Positions 37,801 to 51,956 of a stretch of 64,000 nucleotides of DNA are shown piece by piece. Source of the stretch: Trichoplax adhaerens (taxonomy: Eukaryota > Animalia > Placozoa); contig NW_002060985.1 in NCBI RefSeq assembly GCF_000150275.1, positions 4,914 through 68,913 on the forward strand, written 5' to 3'. The notes under the pieces were generated by a model, which had not been told where the DNA came from, searched no databases, and saw only the letters and a list, made by a program, of their open reading frames with translations. The position numbers were made by a program, and so were the translations under genes. Position 1 is the first letter of the stretch, and each line of letters starts with the position of its first letter.

Positions 37801-39678
37801 CTGCACTAATCTACTACAGAAAGGAAAGTAATAGAAAGAAAGGAAAGGCTTAAAATCGGAATAGAAGGCATTCATAAAATCAGTATATCAATTTATATTT
37901 ATAGGATTGTCATGAGAAAAATTCACTTCAGTAATACAAGGATGTTGTATTAATTAGTCAAGATCGAGAAGTTTAACTGATCTCGATCCAATTTACTATA
38001 CATACAGTATAGAAGGATAGATGATCTCGTCAATATGGAGATATATTATACTGTATACGGGTATACTAAATAAATAATTACGTTACTAACTCTTCATTGA
38101 AATGAATAATATATTGCTATGTTGCGCACAGATCAATATTAGCTATAGTTACTTGTTAAGAAATTCAATGGTGTAGAAATCAACTTACTGCCTTGTATTT
38201 GGTACTTTAGTAATAATGACTGCTTTGCCTGATGCATCCACATTATGTTCCAAACCAAAATATGCAGCAACACGATGAATGACCATCCTATAATAGGAGG
38301 TCATTGGTGGGCAAATTTTGGATTGTAACTTATTATCGGCCAAAAATGCTCGAATATCTTCTTCCACACTTAATAGAAATGTCCGTAACTTTGGATCTTG
38401 CAATTTTTCGTATACGAAAGCGCGAACATCATTACCGCTATTATCTGTATAACCAACTTGTTCTGTTGTACATGTCGGCACTTAAAAATCAATCAAAATG
38501 AACATTCTATGTTTAAAATACAATTTCATGATTGAACTATTGTATCTGGCGTAAAAGTAGTTTTCAAGCAGTATATTTTAGTAGTACTATAGTAGTAGTG
38601 GTGGTAGTATGAGTAGAAATCGTAGTAAGTATACCATTGGACGTTTCATTTATTGTTTTTGCACTGGTTGATTCGCTCGCGATGGAATTGCTACTACTGT
38701 TGATGTTACTTGTGCTAGGCTAGAAGAATTGAAGTATCAAAATGAAGGAATAAGACTAGAGAGCAATAAAATAAATGAATTTCACCCTATTGATTAATAA
38801 ACGTCTCTTATTGCAGATTGAGTATACATACTTGCCTTGATAGTCAAAAGCATGATAGTCATAAAACTCTATTATTTAAACAGTTTAACCTTTCTTCTTA
38901 CCGTTGCATTAGTAGTAGTCGATGGTGGCAATGTTGTACTATCATATAAAGCGTGACTTCTTGGTAATGTTTTGAATTTGGGATGAGACTAGTCATCGTC
39001 ATTGCAACATAAATACAAAAAAAAACGCATAAGAAACTAGCTGTATTGATCGATGACATTACCTATTGTATTGCAATGGAATAATGCAACAAAAACACTA
39101 CTAAATTCAAGTCATTAATACACGTATATATATATTAAAATCAATGATATTGTTAATTAATACTTACAGTACGTGACGTTGTCACATTGGACGAATCCTC
39201 TTCATTGGATAATCTATCAGCATCCGTATTACTATTAATCTAATAGTCAAGTAAATAGTTATTTATAATTTTCATCTTTTCCATTTTTTTTGTATATATA
39301 CAACTGATATACAAGATGGATAACTTTACAATAGAAGCAGAGTTAATGTTAAACAGTTATCAACAACTTTTATGCTAGAACGTAATTTAGCATAGCCATT
39401 CATTGTTATCTAACATGATTGGAAATTAAGTAACACATCGATATAAATATATATCTTTATCCATTTATCTATCCATAGAGATGGGGTAAGAGAAGCGAAT
39501 AAGTCAAGTTACTACTGTAGTTTAGGTGGGTATTTTATAATCCAAATCCATCATGGATACTACCCAGTCATGCTAGTATAGAATTAGCCTATTACAATAC
39601 TATTAATCCATATCGAGCATTCTTGTACAGTGAAAAACGAACCTGTGTTTCATCCAAGACGTTGGGTTGTTCAGCCAT
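34883..39678 (-). CDS. R3H + SUZ domain RNA-binding protein (R3HDM1/R3HDM2/ARPP21/encore-like). Coding exons: 39678-39643, 39239-39168, 38988-38902, 38719-38635, 38480-38189, 37810-37682, 37574-37479, 37333-37305, 37210-36724, 36467-36327, 36193-35398, 35238-34883
   Basis: R3H domain FLLSVEEDIRAF...PPMTSYYRMVIHRVAAYFGLEHNVD. SUZ elements AILKR and RSKSIEEREEEYEKARARIFN. Q/N/P-rich C-terminus. All introns are GT-AG with matching phases except one exon that is 1 nt short (see findings). Confidence 0.88.
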
Positions 39679-42600
39679 ATTTTTATTTCTCTTAATGATG
39701 GCTTGTTTTAATTTCTCAAAAAAAGGATAACTGCAAGGATAAAAAAAAATCCAACATTTATTGATTTGAAACGATAATGAAAGTTGTACACTATTCTATT
39801 GTCATTTATAATAAGATTAAATAACTTCATATTGACATCTTTAGAATAGGACAAAATGATCGATAAAGGAAATGAGTACGACCAAGGTGAAACTAGACGC
39901 TATTTTATAATTAAGATTATTATGAAGGAGAGAATCGAAGTTGTAGTCGGTGTGCCGACAAGAAAATAAAAAAAAATTTAAACTCAAACGGCATCTTCAA
40001 TGTATTATTATTATGAAATTAGAGTATTGTAAAATAACGGATGCGAATTACTGCACATGTATTTCCTATATAGTGGTATCACTAGAAGTGTAATCTTACC
40101 GTCAATAAAAGCACATACACACAAAATGCAACTTTTTCTCCTTTCAATGATAACTTGAAGAGTTGTAGTTGTTTTTCCGCTCTTGTAAACTTTTGCTTCT
40201 TTGGAACGATTGGATTGGATTTGATGATCGTCTTGGTCGCCTCTTCCTAGTTGGAAAAAGAGGATAACCTATACCCAATGATCTGTAAACTTGCAAAGTT
40301 GATTTGAAGTACCCAATGAATAATAATAGAATCAATTGCTTGTACGTTAAATTAACTTGAATTTCTATAACGATTTAATGAAACATGATCGGCTTGTACA
40401 TTATATTTCAGTCACTTCATCCATGCCTTTAGATGAGCAGCCAAGACATAGGAAAAAAAAACGAAAGTACAGCTTCAATTGAGTTGTCAAGAAGAGAAAA
40501 AAACAAGAGAGAATCAATGTTTCAAAAGGTTGATTCTTGTCGAGTGGCATATCGAAATGTCATGTGTAAGTGTTGTGTCTACGTCAACACATTATATTAT
40601 TATCGTCGTTGGATACCCTATCGATTGGCAGTGCTGTAGGTTCTCTATTCCTCATCTTTCAAATACTCCATCTCCAACGAGATCGATAGCATCACAAGTG
40701 TGTAGAAATGTCCGTTGTTCATCGTTATGAACAGATATGTCTTATTGGAGAATAATCAAGGTGCACAGTAATCACGTATTCGTGTCGAGATCGACAGAGC
40801 ATAGTATCATCAAGGAAGATTACTGAGACCCTGATCCTAAGTTTCTCCGGGTCTTCAAGTGTATATCAATTAAGGGTGACGAAATGCAATCCGATGGACA
40901 TTTTCAAATTAACTACGCATCCTTTTTTTTTACCTGAAAGTGTCGGTAGTGTAACAAAATGGTTGTCATAGGCAGAGTCAAAGCCAACCTGAGAACTAGT
41001 CAAGGGAATGGTGCTAATTTTTCAATCAACCTGATTGATAAAAAAAAGAAAAGCCATTTGAGCTTCGATGGAAGAAAAAAAAATAGGAATACCTTGAAGA
41101 TGAATGCTAACTTTAGATAATCATGTAGAGGTTACCATGGATAATCTATTTTTTTATTTGGTGGGCGTATAAAGACATTTATTTGTCAGTAGGAACAGGA
41201 CCAAATATTAAATAATAGCTAATAAAATTACAAGCAATCGACTTTACTTCCACTTCAACGGGAGTGTAGAAATGAATAAATGATTTTATTATAACTAGAA
41301 AAGGATTGGATTTTGCATGGAGTTGATGTCGATGTTGTTGATGGAAAGCAAGGTAAGCATGTTATTTCTTTCTAGCTAATTCTAGCGGGTGAATGATACA
41401 AGGATGATGATAGGTCTAAAAGGAGAACATGTGCTGCTAGTAATTTTGACTGTTAATAAATGATGATTATCCATCTGCATCAACAGTAAGTTGGTTAGTG
41501 ATGATGACGTAAAACAAAGCCAGACAATTTAATATATAATAGCTTGTCCTGCATTATCTATACATTGACTTGAGTTATAGCAATGTAAAGAAAGAGGAAA
41601 AAAATTAAAAAATTTTACGTCAATGTTCACAACTTTTACACCAATCACAAGCATAACTGATGGACTTATTGATTAACAAATTATCGATTCAAGACTAGAG
41701 TTAACAGTAGGTAATGCTATAAATAGTACAGGATGTCAAATCTTGACAATATCATTTCCTGACATTTAAAAAAAAAATTAAAAAAATAAAATAAAAAATA
41801 AATAAATGCGAGTTTACTCTATTAGGGATCCACTAGATTAGGTGACGAGCAAGAGTTAACAAGATCGCTTCCAACCACACGGTGGCCATCAATATGATTG
41901 CAATGGCTATGCATTGCCTTGTAAAGGCAATTTCGACCTATTCTAGTAATCCAACTCTTTATTGGACTATCGTTGGATGGACAGTAGATACTTTCTCTTT
42001 GCTACCTGACAACGATGATGATACTGTTATGGAATGGCCATTAGTTTAATGGCAAACCCACGATAACAGAATCAATCATCATCACTTGATTAACTGCAGA
42101 CCCGGTGAACAAATAGTCAATTTTATTTTATCAGTAGAACTCTTGCTACATTATTCTACATGGTCAATGAATTCTATTCTATCCACACAGTCGATAACTT
42201 ACAAATCGTCCATTTCAAAGTCATTAGCATAAAGGGACATGAAGAAAATAGAGTTACAGTCAAGAGCAATACAAGGTCGATTGGGGATAAAAGAATCTAT
42301 TGGTCATAGAAAAGAATACCCCACTAATTATTTATACATGGACTCAATACTGTAGGAAATGATATGGAATTTAAAATAGACATGATGAGGGCTCGTAGTG
42401 CATATTGTAGTCGGCACAAATGTCCGGAACTGTATTGTATAATTTCACTCCTTGTGACGTCAAATGATGAAAAGAGCTAATTTTCCAACATTCAAAATGA
42501 GGAAGAAGATAAAAAAAGAATAAAATCATCATTTTGACGTGATTAATCAATCTATTTTTGTCATTGCTGTATCTTTTCAACATTTCAACGGCCATTAAAG

Positions 42601-45600
42601 ATGGTGGTCATCAAGGCCTTGATAGAGCATTTCCATGTCGTTTTGATAGTATTTCAAGGTATGCGATCGGATTGTAACAACTCGTTTATTTCTTCTTCAT
42701 CGTTACCCGTCCACTTCAGTAGAAGATATCTCTCATCTTGAGTAAAACAATCTTATCTATGAGTATGTAGTCTTCAGTGGATTTGAGGGTTGGTGAGACA
42801 GCATCAAGTCATTCATGTGCTTATTTTAATAATCGGATCCTGTCTACTTTACATTTGATTCATCAATTTGTTCAATAGTACTGTATAGTAGATACCAAAA
42901 ATAAAGTAATGAATAGCTCAAAGTTGGGCCAATAACCCTTACCATTCCAATTTCTCATGGGCATAGGATTACCTCTACAGTAGAAGGGAACTTCTCTACT
43001 CGTAGTCCTTGGATCATCCATCTTGATTCGAAAGCACAATATCCCTAACTCGTCTATTCCACTTAAACTTGAGCTGCAAGAACTTTTCCTTCAAAAGTAA
43101 ATCGACTATGACTTGATGCTCAACACTCTCCATAAAGATGATTCCAACCAATAGCTTATGATGGTTATAATAAAATCCCGTCTAGCTAGCATCGACATTG
43201 AAGGTAATCATCCTTCCTGACACTCTCCCTTTTTAGCTATTCAGAATCTTATGATGTAGCAGACTAGCTGCTCTCTCTCTCTATGGATGATGCAAGTATT
43301 TTAATACCATTACACCCCAGGCGTTTGTAGCCGTAGATTGGATGTAAGCAACTAGGTAGAGGCAGTATCTTTCGTATTGGCTACGCTGGGACAGTTATAC
43401 TGTATGAACTCATCGAAATAAAGTTGCATTCATTTCAAATTGATGATGGTCATTTTAGTAGTCTATGATCTCATCGACTTTACATTAACCATCTAGCTTA
43501 AGATGTACCATTGCTGCCCATTCTACTCGACAACCAGTCTATCTCGACTGCCTATTCTAGTATCAATTCCGTCTCATCTCGCCTTCAACATTGACTGTCC
43601 ATCACCAAAATGGATTGAAGGTACTATAGTTGCTCATCTCATTGCTCCAACAACTTGATCGATATTACTATTGGTTATTGTATCCATTCAACCCGTTTTA
43701 AATTGTTGTCTACAGTATTTTGGTTCGGTTAGACAGTACAGTATAGAATTGATCAACTCCTACGTGGATCGCTGCATTCATTCAATCTCATCTCGTTATC
43801 CATATTCTATTGATACTTATACATGGTAACCGCCATTGAAATGGTTGCTGATCCAACTCATAACGAATTTATCCAAGTAGTCCGTTATAATGGATGAAGT
43901 ATTTCAACCGCTGAGTGGGTTAACTCATCGTTCAACCATGGTTTGATGAATTCGATGTCCATTTGTATTGAAACATGGCCATAAGCGATTTGGATAGGGT
44001 AGAGTCCAATCCTTGCTCATCTCACTCATAACGAGTTCATCGCTCTTGCTAAGTATTGTGCATCTATCTCTCTTATAGTACTGTAGATCACTTTCCATCA
44101 TTTATACCGTATAGAGTTGATCCATTCCACACTGACATGGGGGATCATCGCGATATGGATTGGGTAGTATATCAAAGCTTGCTTATCCAACTCATCACTA
44201 TTGTAATTCATGTCCTCGGTCTACCCTTTGTCGATCTCTATTACTGCAGATCCCTAGCCATCCTTTTTTATATACTGTATATAGAGTTGATGAACAAACA
44301 CTAGTTGGATCTACTCAACATTGACATGGGTGATATTGATTAGGTAGTGTACAAACCTTGTTCATCCAACTCATCACTACAGCTGTTCATCTCTCTAGTT
44401 AAACATTCGTCGATCAGTTGGATCCATTTTATTAGCTCGTCTTGTATATCCTTCGTCGATCTCCATCTTACGGTACATCACTTTCCAACATTAAACAGCG
44501 CGCACTTGGTACACCGTTGATTTCATCCATTCAATCTCATCTCGTTTTCAATCTTGCTAGACATCAACTCCAAACCATCACCTGCTTGTTGTATCATGAC
44601 TATCTTTTGACATGACTCATATACAACGACGTCGCTTGCATTAGGAAGATGATCTTCCTGATACATTAGTCAGACATAGTCCCCGTTCTTTCTTCCATCC
44701 CAACCAATTTATTCACCAACACTGTTAGCACTTTGTATGGCCCATTCCCCCAATCACATATCACTCCAATCTATGGCCATACTCTAGTCTTACCTTCAAA
44801 ATTGTTTCATCATCGATCCTTCATTGACTACCCACTCATTCTTATTTTCATCAACCGTTTGATCATGCCAAGGAAATTATTGCTGTAAACGTGAGCGAAC
44901 TAGAATTGTCTCTATCAAGTCGGAACTGTAGTCCACTTTCGAATAATGATGAGACAATAGACATACAGTCAAGAGTTATTGTTATTATCATCCTTCTGAA
45001 ACCAAATGGATTTGTTGTTTAATCGTTCCTATTTGCTTGCTAGGGTAAAAGAATAGTGTTGGAAAAGCATAGAGGTTATCAACGCTTGGCCATAAGTCTA
45101 CTTTGACTAATGGTACCTTGGATGAGTCGACCGTAATTAATGTATTGAACATGGATCATAGGCTGTATCAAGAACGTTATCCCTTATTCCATGATTGAAT
45201 GTTTTTTTATGGATGCTTTATATTCATCTCAACGTTGACAAAAGTAATTTTTATTTTCGTAGTTTTTTCCTCCTTCTATGTTTATCTTGATATTGAAGAG
45301 AGGACCCTAATCCGATTCTCTCTTCAAAAAGATTGTCATCGATTTCTATCCAACTTGTAGACAATGGCAACAAGACCTTAGGTCAACAAGAAACTACTTT
45401 GTGTCCATTTCTATTGCCTTCATAGATCATTTCCGTAGCAGTTAGAAATCATTTCCCATCGAGAGGAGGCATGCTATTAACAATTTGCTAGCATCCAAGT
45501 CATAGCACTGGCTCAGCCTCTCCATTTCATTCTACGAAGAAACGGCAACTCGATCAAATCGTTCATGGAGGATATGGAAGTTCTTTTTATTATTATGACT

Positions 45601-48600
45601 ATTCTTCAGACAGTGAAAGCCACGACAACTAGAATAAGCAAAGCAATACTATCCAAATGAAGAATTTTACTTTCGCTTTTATATATTGTGTAGCACAAGT
45701 CATGTGGAAACCACGTTATGTAATTTATCCAGTCATCTCATGGCAATCGACTGCACGTTGTGATTCTATTTTGGATGTTCGCTGATGTGACGAGCTTTTA
45801 TGCTAGTATCAAACCTTTCTTAGGTCTATGTATGCCTCTCTTACTATCGTCTTTTGCATTGAATCATGATCAGTAAAAATTTCTTCACAGGGTAAATTGC
45901 ATTAATAAATTATCGATCGTCCGCTTGGCAAGTTAGACCTGAAAAAAGTTGGGTTAAAGAAAATTTTGACTTTCTATTTCTTGCGCATCAACAAATGAGT
46001 GGGCAATCCATTGGGTTATCAAATAGAGTATTAAAATTGTTATGTTACTCCATTTTAGTTGACATGGACAATTTAAAAGTAGAGGATGCTTTCAAAAGTG
46101 AAAGCGATCATAAGTAGATTAAATGATCAACGCAGGACAATGGACGATGTTGAAATTGTTGCATGCAATTGCTTGACTTAAGCTAGCATTCGATCGATGT
46201 AGCACCAGAGACTGCCAAGACAAAGGATTTTTGTCTTTAGTAACCCTGGTAGTAGTAGACGGATGCAATCGAAGCAATCAAGGGTGTTGGAGGGTATTTG
46301 GAAAGCCATTGGAGATACCTATCATGATCAACACATAACATGACGATACGCTTGCCAGACTATTGGTAAAGCAACGATATTGTGTATCAATTTTGAATGC
46401 ATTGTCATCCATACTAGCTAGGATAGCCTGGGCAAAAAATAGAGTTATCAAGATGCAACAAGAGTAAACTAGGCTAGGCTACAACGAGTGAGGACATTAG
46501 CGGTAAGCATCAATTATCTTGTTGGACAAATGCATTCTCTCGCTTGACAGTAAGAATCCGGTCCAATCTGCAAGGAGTAATGACTTTGAATTTCCGTTGT
46601 TCACTTTGATCTATCATTGTCGGTGAGTTATAGTAGCATTTCAAACAATTTTGCGTAGGACTCATTATATTGCCAACACGTCAAAACCGCGCATCCGTGG
46701 ATAGAATGAAAAGAAGAAATTTTCAAGTCAAGAATGACGACGATAGGCTTGCACTCGTTACTCTATTCACCACTTTCCACGTTGTATTTTCAACTCATTA
46801 AAATAGAGTAAAATCGTCACTTCCGCTCTACTGTGATCAACATGGAGTAAATACCTTCATCACAATATTCCGTAAACTCAATTGCTAAAGTCAATGTCAC
46901 AATGAAACGATTTATTATCCAATGGAAAAAAATGAGTTTTGATAAGGCTTGTGGCACTACCGTATCGATCCAACAGAGCTCTGCTACTCACGGCGCTATC
47001 CATTCTCAACAGTGTGTGTGTTGATTTCCTTGTGAGGAAATAGGATCCCATAAAAATAATGTTGAAAAAGGAGGCAATTTCTTTCATATCGGATCATCAA
47101 TATTAGGTTAGCATGTGAAAATGGAATTACCCCATATTGTAGCATCTCGCCCATTGTGCAATGGACATTGCAAAAACACTTTCTAGCTACTATCAAGTGG
47201 GTGAAAACTAGATTCAAAGAGGACCCCCCAAAAACAATAATAAAATACGTATGTGCGTATACTGTACTTTACCGTGCGTATTCTGCAAAGTAGGAAAGTC
47301 AATTTTTTCTCTTTCTTTTGCATTTAAAATGGAATACTGCACATCCTATCAATCCCATCGATAACTTGCTGTCCTACATACACGTCCGCTACTTTAGCAT
47401 AGCTCATCCTCATTTTTAATTTAACACAACATGATTCCAAGACGCATATTTTGAACTCTTTCCAAAAGTGAATGCAAATGTTGACTATTCGTGATGTTGT
47501 CAACAGCCATGATGGAAGAAAGTTTTCAAAGCCATTGTTCATGATGGATGGTGAATCATTTTTGCAAACTATTTTTTCTAATTTATTCTACTCTATTACA
47601 ACTCTCAATCGGTTGATCGCTCACCACTGAATAAGGCCTGCCACTCTTCTAAATTGAGTTGACCATCATCGAGATTGTTAATATTTAAAATACATTCAAG
47701 AAAGAATTTTCATTGCAATCATAACAGACATTGTAGCTTTGGAATGAATTCAAAGTGTAAAAAGGAAATGAGATTTCCAGCACTAAACACATCCAATGAC
47801 AACTAGCTAACTCAAACAACAACGACAACGGACAAATCAATTAGGCGACCACGCGTGACAGTGATGGTCCACTTTAATGTCATCCACAAATTGAAAATGA
47901 TTCAAAAAGTGTTTATGACTTTGCTTCATCCTCTGTCCTATACTGCAAGTGAGAAAGTTATGAAAATGGCCTCCGTGTACTTTCGTCCACTTTCCAACTC
48001 AACGCTAAGGATGAAGTTTGAGGAATAATTTCCAAGTGGAGGAATAGAAAAATAAAATAAAAGGGATAATTTTGTTTTGTAAAATGATGATATTATGATT
48101 ATTATTTATACATAGACGTATCATAGCAGCATTTCAGTTCAGTTCGATGTCTGCTGTATAGAATCGACACGACTAATTAGCCAACAGTCAATCCATTTGG
48201 GCAGGAGCATCATCTTACGGTTCTTACCGTCTAATGAACTCTATTATGCTCGTATAGGATTCAGTCAGTAATACTTGACAGCGCAAAAATAAAATGGAGA
48301 CTCCTACAAGCCATTCAAAGTGCTCATCACTCTTTTCATGACATGACTACCCAATCATGATGCCTACTCCTGCCTAACATAGGATAGTTTTGGAGAGTAG
48401 CTGTAGTACCGATGATTGCGATCATTCCGATAAAGTTAAGACTATTTACAAATCATCCACATGATGAAGGACGATGATCCATACTCAGAAGCAGAGAAAA
48501 ATGCAATTGGAAAAGCACTTTCCAAATAGGTTATTGTTGAAAAGAAAACAATCGAAAAGTATTGGACTGGGTATTGACTATAGAAGCACCGACCAGTCTT

Positions 48601-50800
48601 GACATATGGGCAAATAAATAGAAATGTACGAATAGGAATGCAGCATTTTGGGTACATTTAGTTTACTTAATATAAAAACTCTCCATTGCAATTGTCACAG
48701 GTTAGCCTACGGAAGTGATTGAAAACGTTAACTAAATGTAGAGTCTATCTTGACTGCCATGCTGTTGAAATGCCACCTTTGCAAGAAAGCAACCCTACTA
48801 CAGTCCGGAGATCCACTTTGTAGTCGTTAATAGACCCAAGGCAAAATGGCTATTAGAACACGATAGGGGATCATGGCAATTGAGAGTCGATGATTTATTT
48901 CTTGATAGTAACTTACTGGCTAGGAAACGATTAGTCTAGCGAGATACAGTAGGAATCATCGCTGTCGACCAGGTCAATAGGCGACGTATGGGATAGAGAA
49001 GGGAAACGAAGTCAAAAGCAAACAAAATCGCCATGTTGTAGTAGTGGGGAAAAGTTGCACTGTAGACGATACGACTTGAGTATTGAACTTGCAATGGTCA
49101 ATGACATGCGACATTGAGTTACGAGTTGATTTTGATGGAGAAACACTTAATTAATAGGGATTCAAGGAGATGTGGAAAGTACTGTTACCGCCATGATAAT
49201 AGGGAGAACTAGAGTTATTGGCTCGGCTGTTCTCACCGGATTACTCAAAGGTTACCATAATCCATTCCTTTCTTTTTGCCCTTTTAAAAAATTTTATGGT
49301 TGATTTTTCGATCCTTTCATTTGCTAACCGTCAAGGAAAGTCTTGTTTTGACGACCTACAGGCCATTAGCACGCAACCTACTTGCGATAGCATAAACAAG
49401 ACAAAATCATGACAATCTTGTCGTGGTAGAATAAGTTAGTCAGTTTTTCAAAGTCATCATTTAGCGCACAACGATGTGAACGACAGTCATCATGTCCAAA
49501 ATGGCAGAAACAGCTCTCATCTTTTCACAATTGATAGTATGTAGAATGTTCTCCATGGCAGGCCGTATGAGTCTATCTTACCACATCAAACTTGTAAATC
49601 TAACTTCTTGGCGATAATGTACTTGATAGCGATTAATACCCACTGCGTTAAGCATACGTCAATTGAAAACGATCTGGACAAGAATTGCCGCGTAACATCA
49701 TATAGTAGATTACTTAAAGCTAATCACGTCGTGAGGAAGGGAAAAAGCATACACTCTATCGCCCAAAACGCTATTGATGACTTATCCATTTTCCACTAAA
49801 ACTTTGAAATTTTAATCATTAAAGTAAGCATTCGAAATCGCTTTTTGATCATGCGGTGGCATGGCAAATATTCCCCCCCCCCCCGGGTTGTGTACAACAC
49901 TGTACAAGTATTTTAGCCAAGTTTTCCAGGTTAGTTATCCCGATCCAAGTCGATTGACAAAGAAATAGAATAACCTGGTATACTGTATGGAATAACCTCA
50001 GCAAGAGCAAAAGAAAAAGATCATGGACATGATATCAAGGCGAACACGGCGTGGATGGAAGCATTTCTTCCTGGCTTATTTTTGATATGATGGCGTTGAA
50101 CCATTGCGAACTATTTACAGTATAGACATACAAGCCCACGAATGGAAGAATACATGCATCAACATAACCGTTTCAACATAGATCAGCAAATCCACTATCG
50201 ACCGTTATGATCCATTTGATCAACAAAGTGTCCCATTCCCGGCGAGAATCAATCAAGATGTCGAAATTGAAAAAGGGTCACGCCAATGCAACCCAAGCAT
50301 TCTTATGGAAGCATCGACCGTGCCAACATCATTGACTTTCATCGCCGTACAGTAGATTACTGGCAAAGGGTAGGGTCTTAACCCGGATTCCATTGAAAGA
50401 TTCATTCAGCCATGATGGGCAAGAATCAATCCTTGAATCCATGCTCGCCATATCGCTGTGTAAACGTTTCAAATTCCCTCTCGTACTAAGGCGATAAAAA
50501 GGATATTGCTGTCTGGATTGAATCGTGATCCGAAAGTCTGCATGGATTTCACCTCGGGCAAGATGATTGAATCGTAGTTGTGAACAATAGCTGTTGCTTA
50601 CCTTGAATTTTCAAGCCGATGAAGATACAAGAAGTAGCCAATAAACTTGGATCGTAGAGTTTGATTTGCCAGTCCAAATGAGCCAATGGATTGCAATCAA
50701 GCCTTGCTTAATGCCGACATTACTTGTTCCACTTGGTCAAGATAAAAACTCAATCAGCACCCAGCAGCTTGGTCAAGTTGAAAGGGAGCATGGGCACGTT

Positions 50801-51025
50801 GCAGACGACAATGTCAAATGTGGTGGTGTTGTGCCATCCAACACACTTTCTACTATGGCAAGCCAGCAGTGATTCTAGTACTGAATCAAGTGCTACAGTA
50901 CCCTACTGGACGTTGTAGACGACAATGTCAATGGTGGTGTTGAGGCATTCGACACACTTTCTACGGTGGCAAGGCAGCACTGACTCTAGCAAGTACTGAA
51001 TCAAACGCTACAGTACCCTACTGCA
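50801..51025. repeat. Tandem duplication with about 114-bp period
   Basis: AGACGACAATGTCAA...ACACACTTTCTAC...AGTACTGAATCAA..GCTACAGTACCCTACTG occurs twice. Confidence 0.85.
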
Positions 51026-51690
51026 AACTGTATGGCAGCTTCTGTCAGTGGCGCTGTGGCAAGGACTGCTGGAAAAGACAGAAGGACAGGACGATAGGAC
51101 AGAGGCTGGAGATGATCAAAAAGTGCAGGTGGACGCATTCGGCGGTCATTTTACTGTCCACTGGGACTGTAAGCGTACACAATCCTGCGCAAAACCAACC
51201 TGGCCGGCCGTTTCAGTGGCGTGGTGTCGTGTGTCGTGTAGGTCGTACTTTCCATTCCGTGGTAGGGTATCGTACTGGAGGATGACGTGCAATCGTGAAT
51301 GAAACCGTAATAGGATTCACCCCCTAGAAAAGGAGTAGTCCGCTATCCGTCCTACCATAACAAGCCCTTTGTTCAATGTTCCAGTTCAAAAATTGAAGAA
51401 AAAAAAAAAAAGCAAAGAAGGAAAGAAAAGAAAAAGCGAGCCCACTTTCCTCACTACAACCACTATGGCGTCTTGTACTCTACACAGTACACACTCGGTA
51501 GTTGGGCAGCGTACGAGTAGGTAAACTTACTTTCAAGTGTTTCCTGTACACTGCACAATGTACATTGCACGATGTACCATGGACTTCTACAAATGGACAG
51601 CACCAGGCAATTGAAAGAGAAAGCGGAAGATGTTTCTCCTGAAGAAGCCGCTGAGTACTACTAAGGGGCATACAAATATAGCTACTAATG

Positions 51691-51869
51691 TAGACACTCA
51701 CGCATCATTGGAGTGAAGCGATTTGCAAGTGAATCGCAATTCCAACACTGCACACGATCGTCGCTGTATATCACCAGTACACTTCAGTCTATTGTTGATA
51801 CGATCCAGTCATGGTTCGAGTTGCGATTCACTTGCAAATCGCTTCACTCGAGTGATGTGTGAGCGTCCA
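51691..51869. repeat. Long inverted repeat (arms about 55 bp, 67-bp spacer); MITE-like or hairpin
   Basis: 51691-51746 is the near reverse complement of 51814-51869, with the core GAGTGAAGCGATTTGCAAGTGAATCGCAA perfect. Confidence 0.85.
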
Positions 51870-51956
51870 CTGCCTACACTAGTACAGTAGATATATCTGT
51901 ACAGCGTACAGTACTGCTGTGTCACCCACTTGATCGTGTCAACTTCAGACTACACC

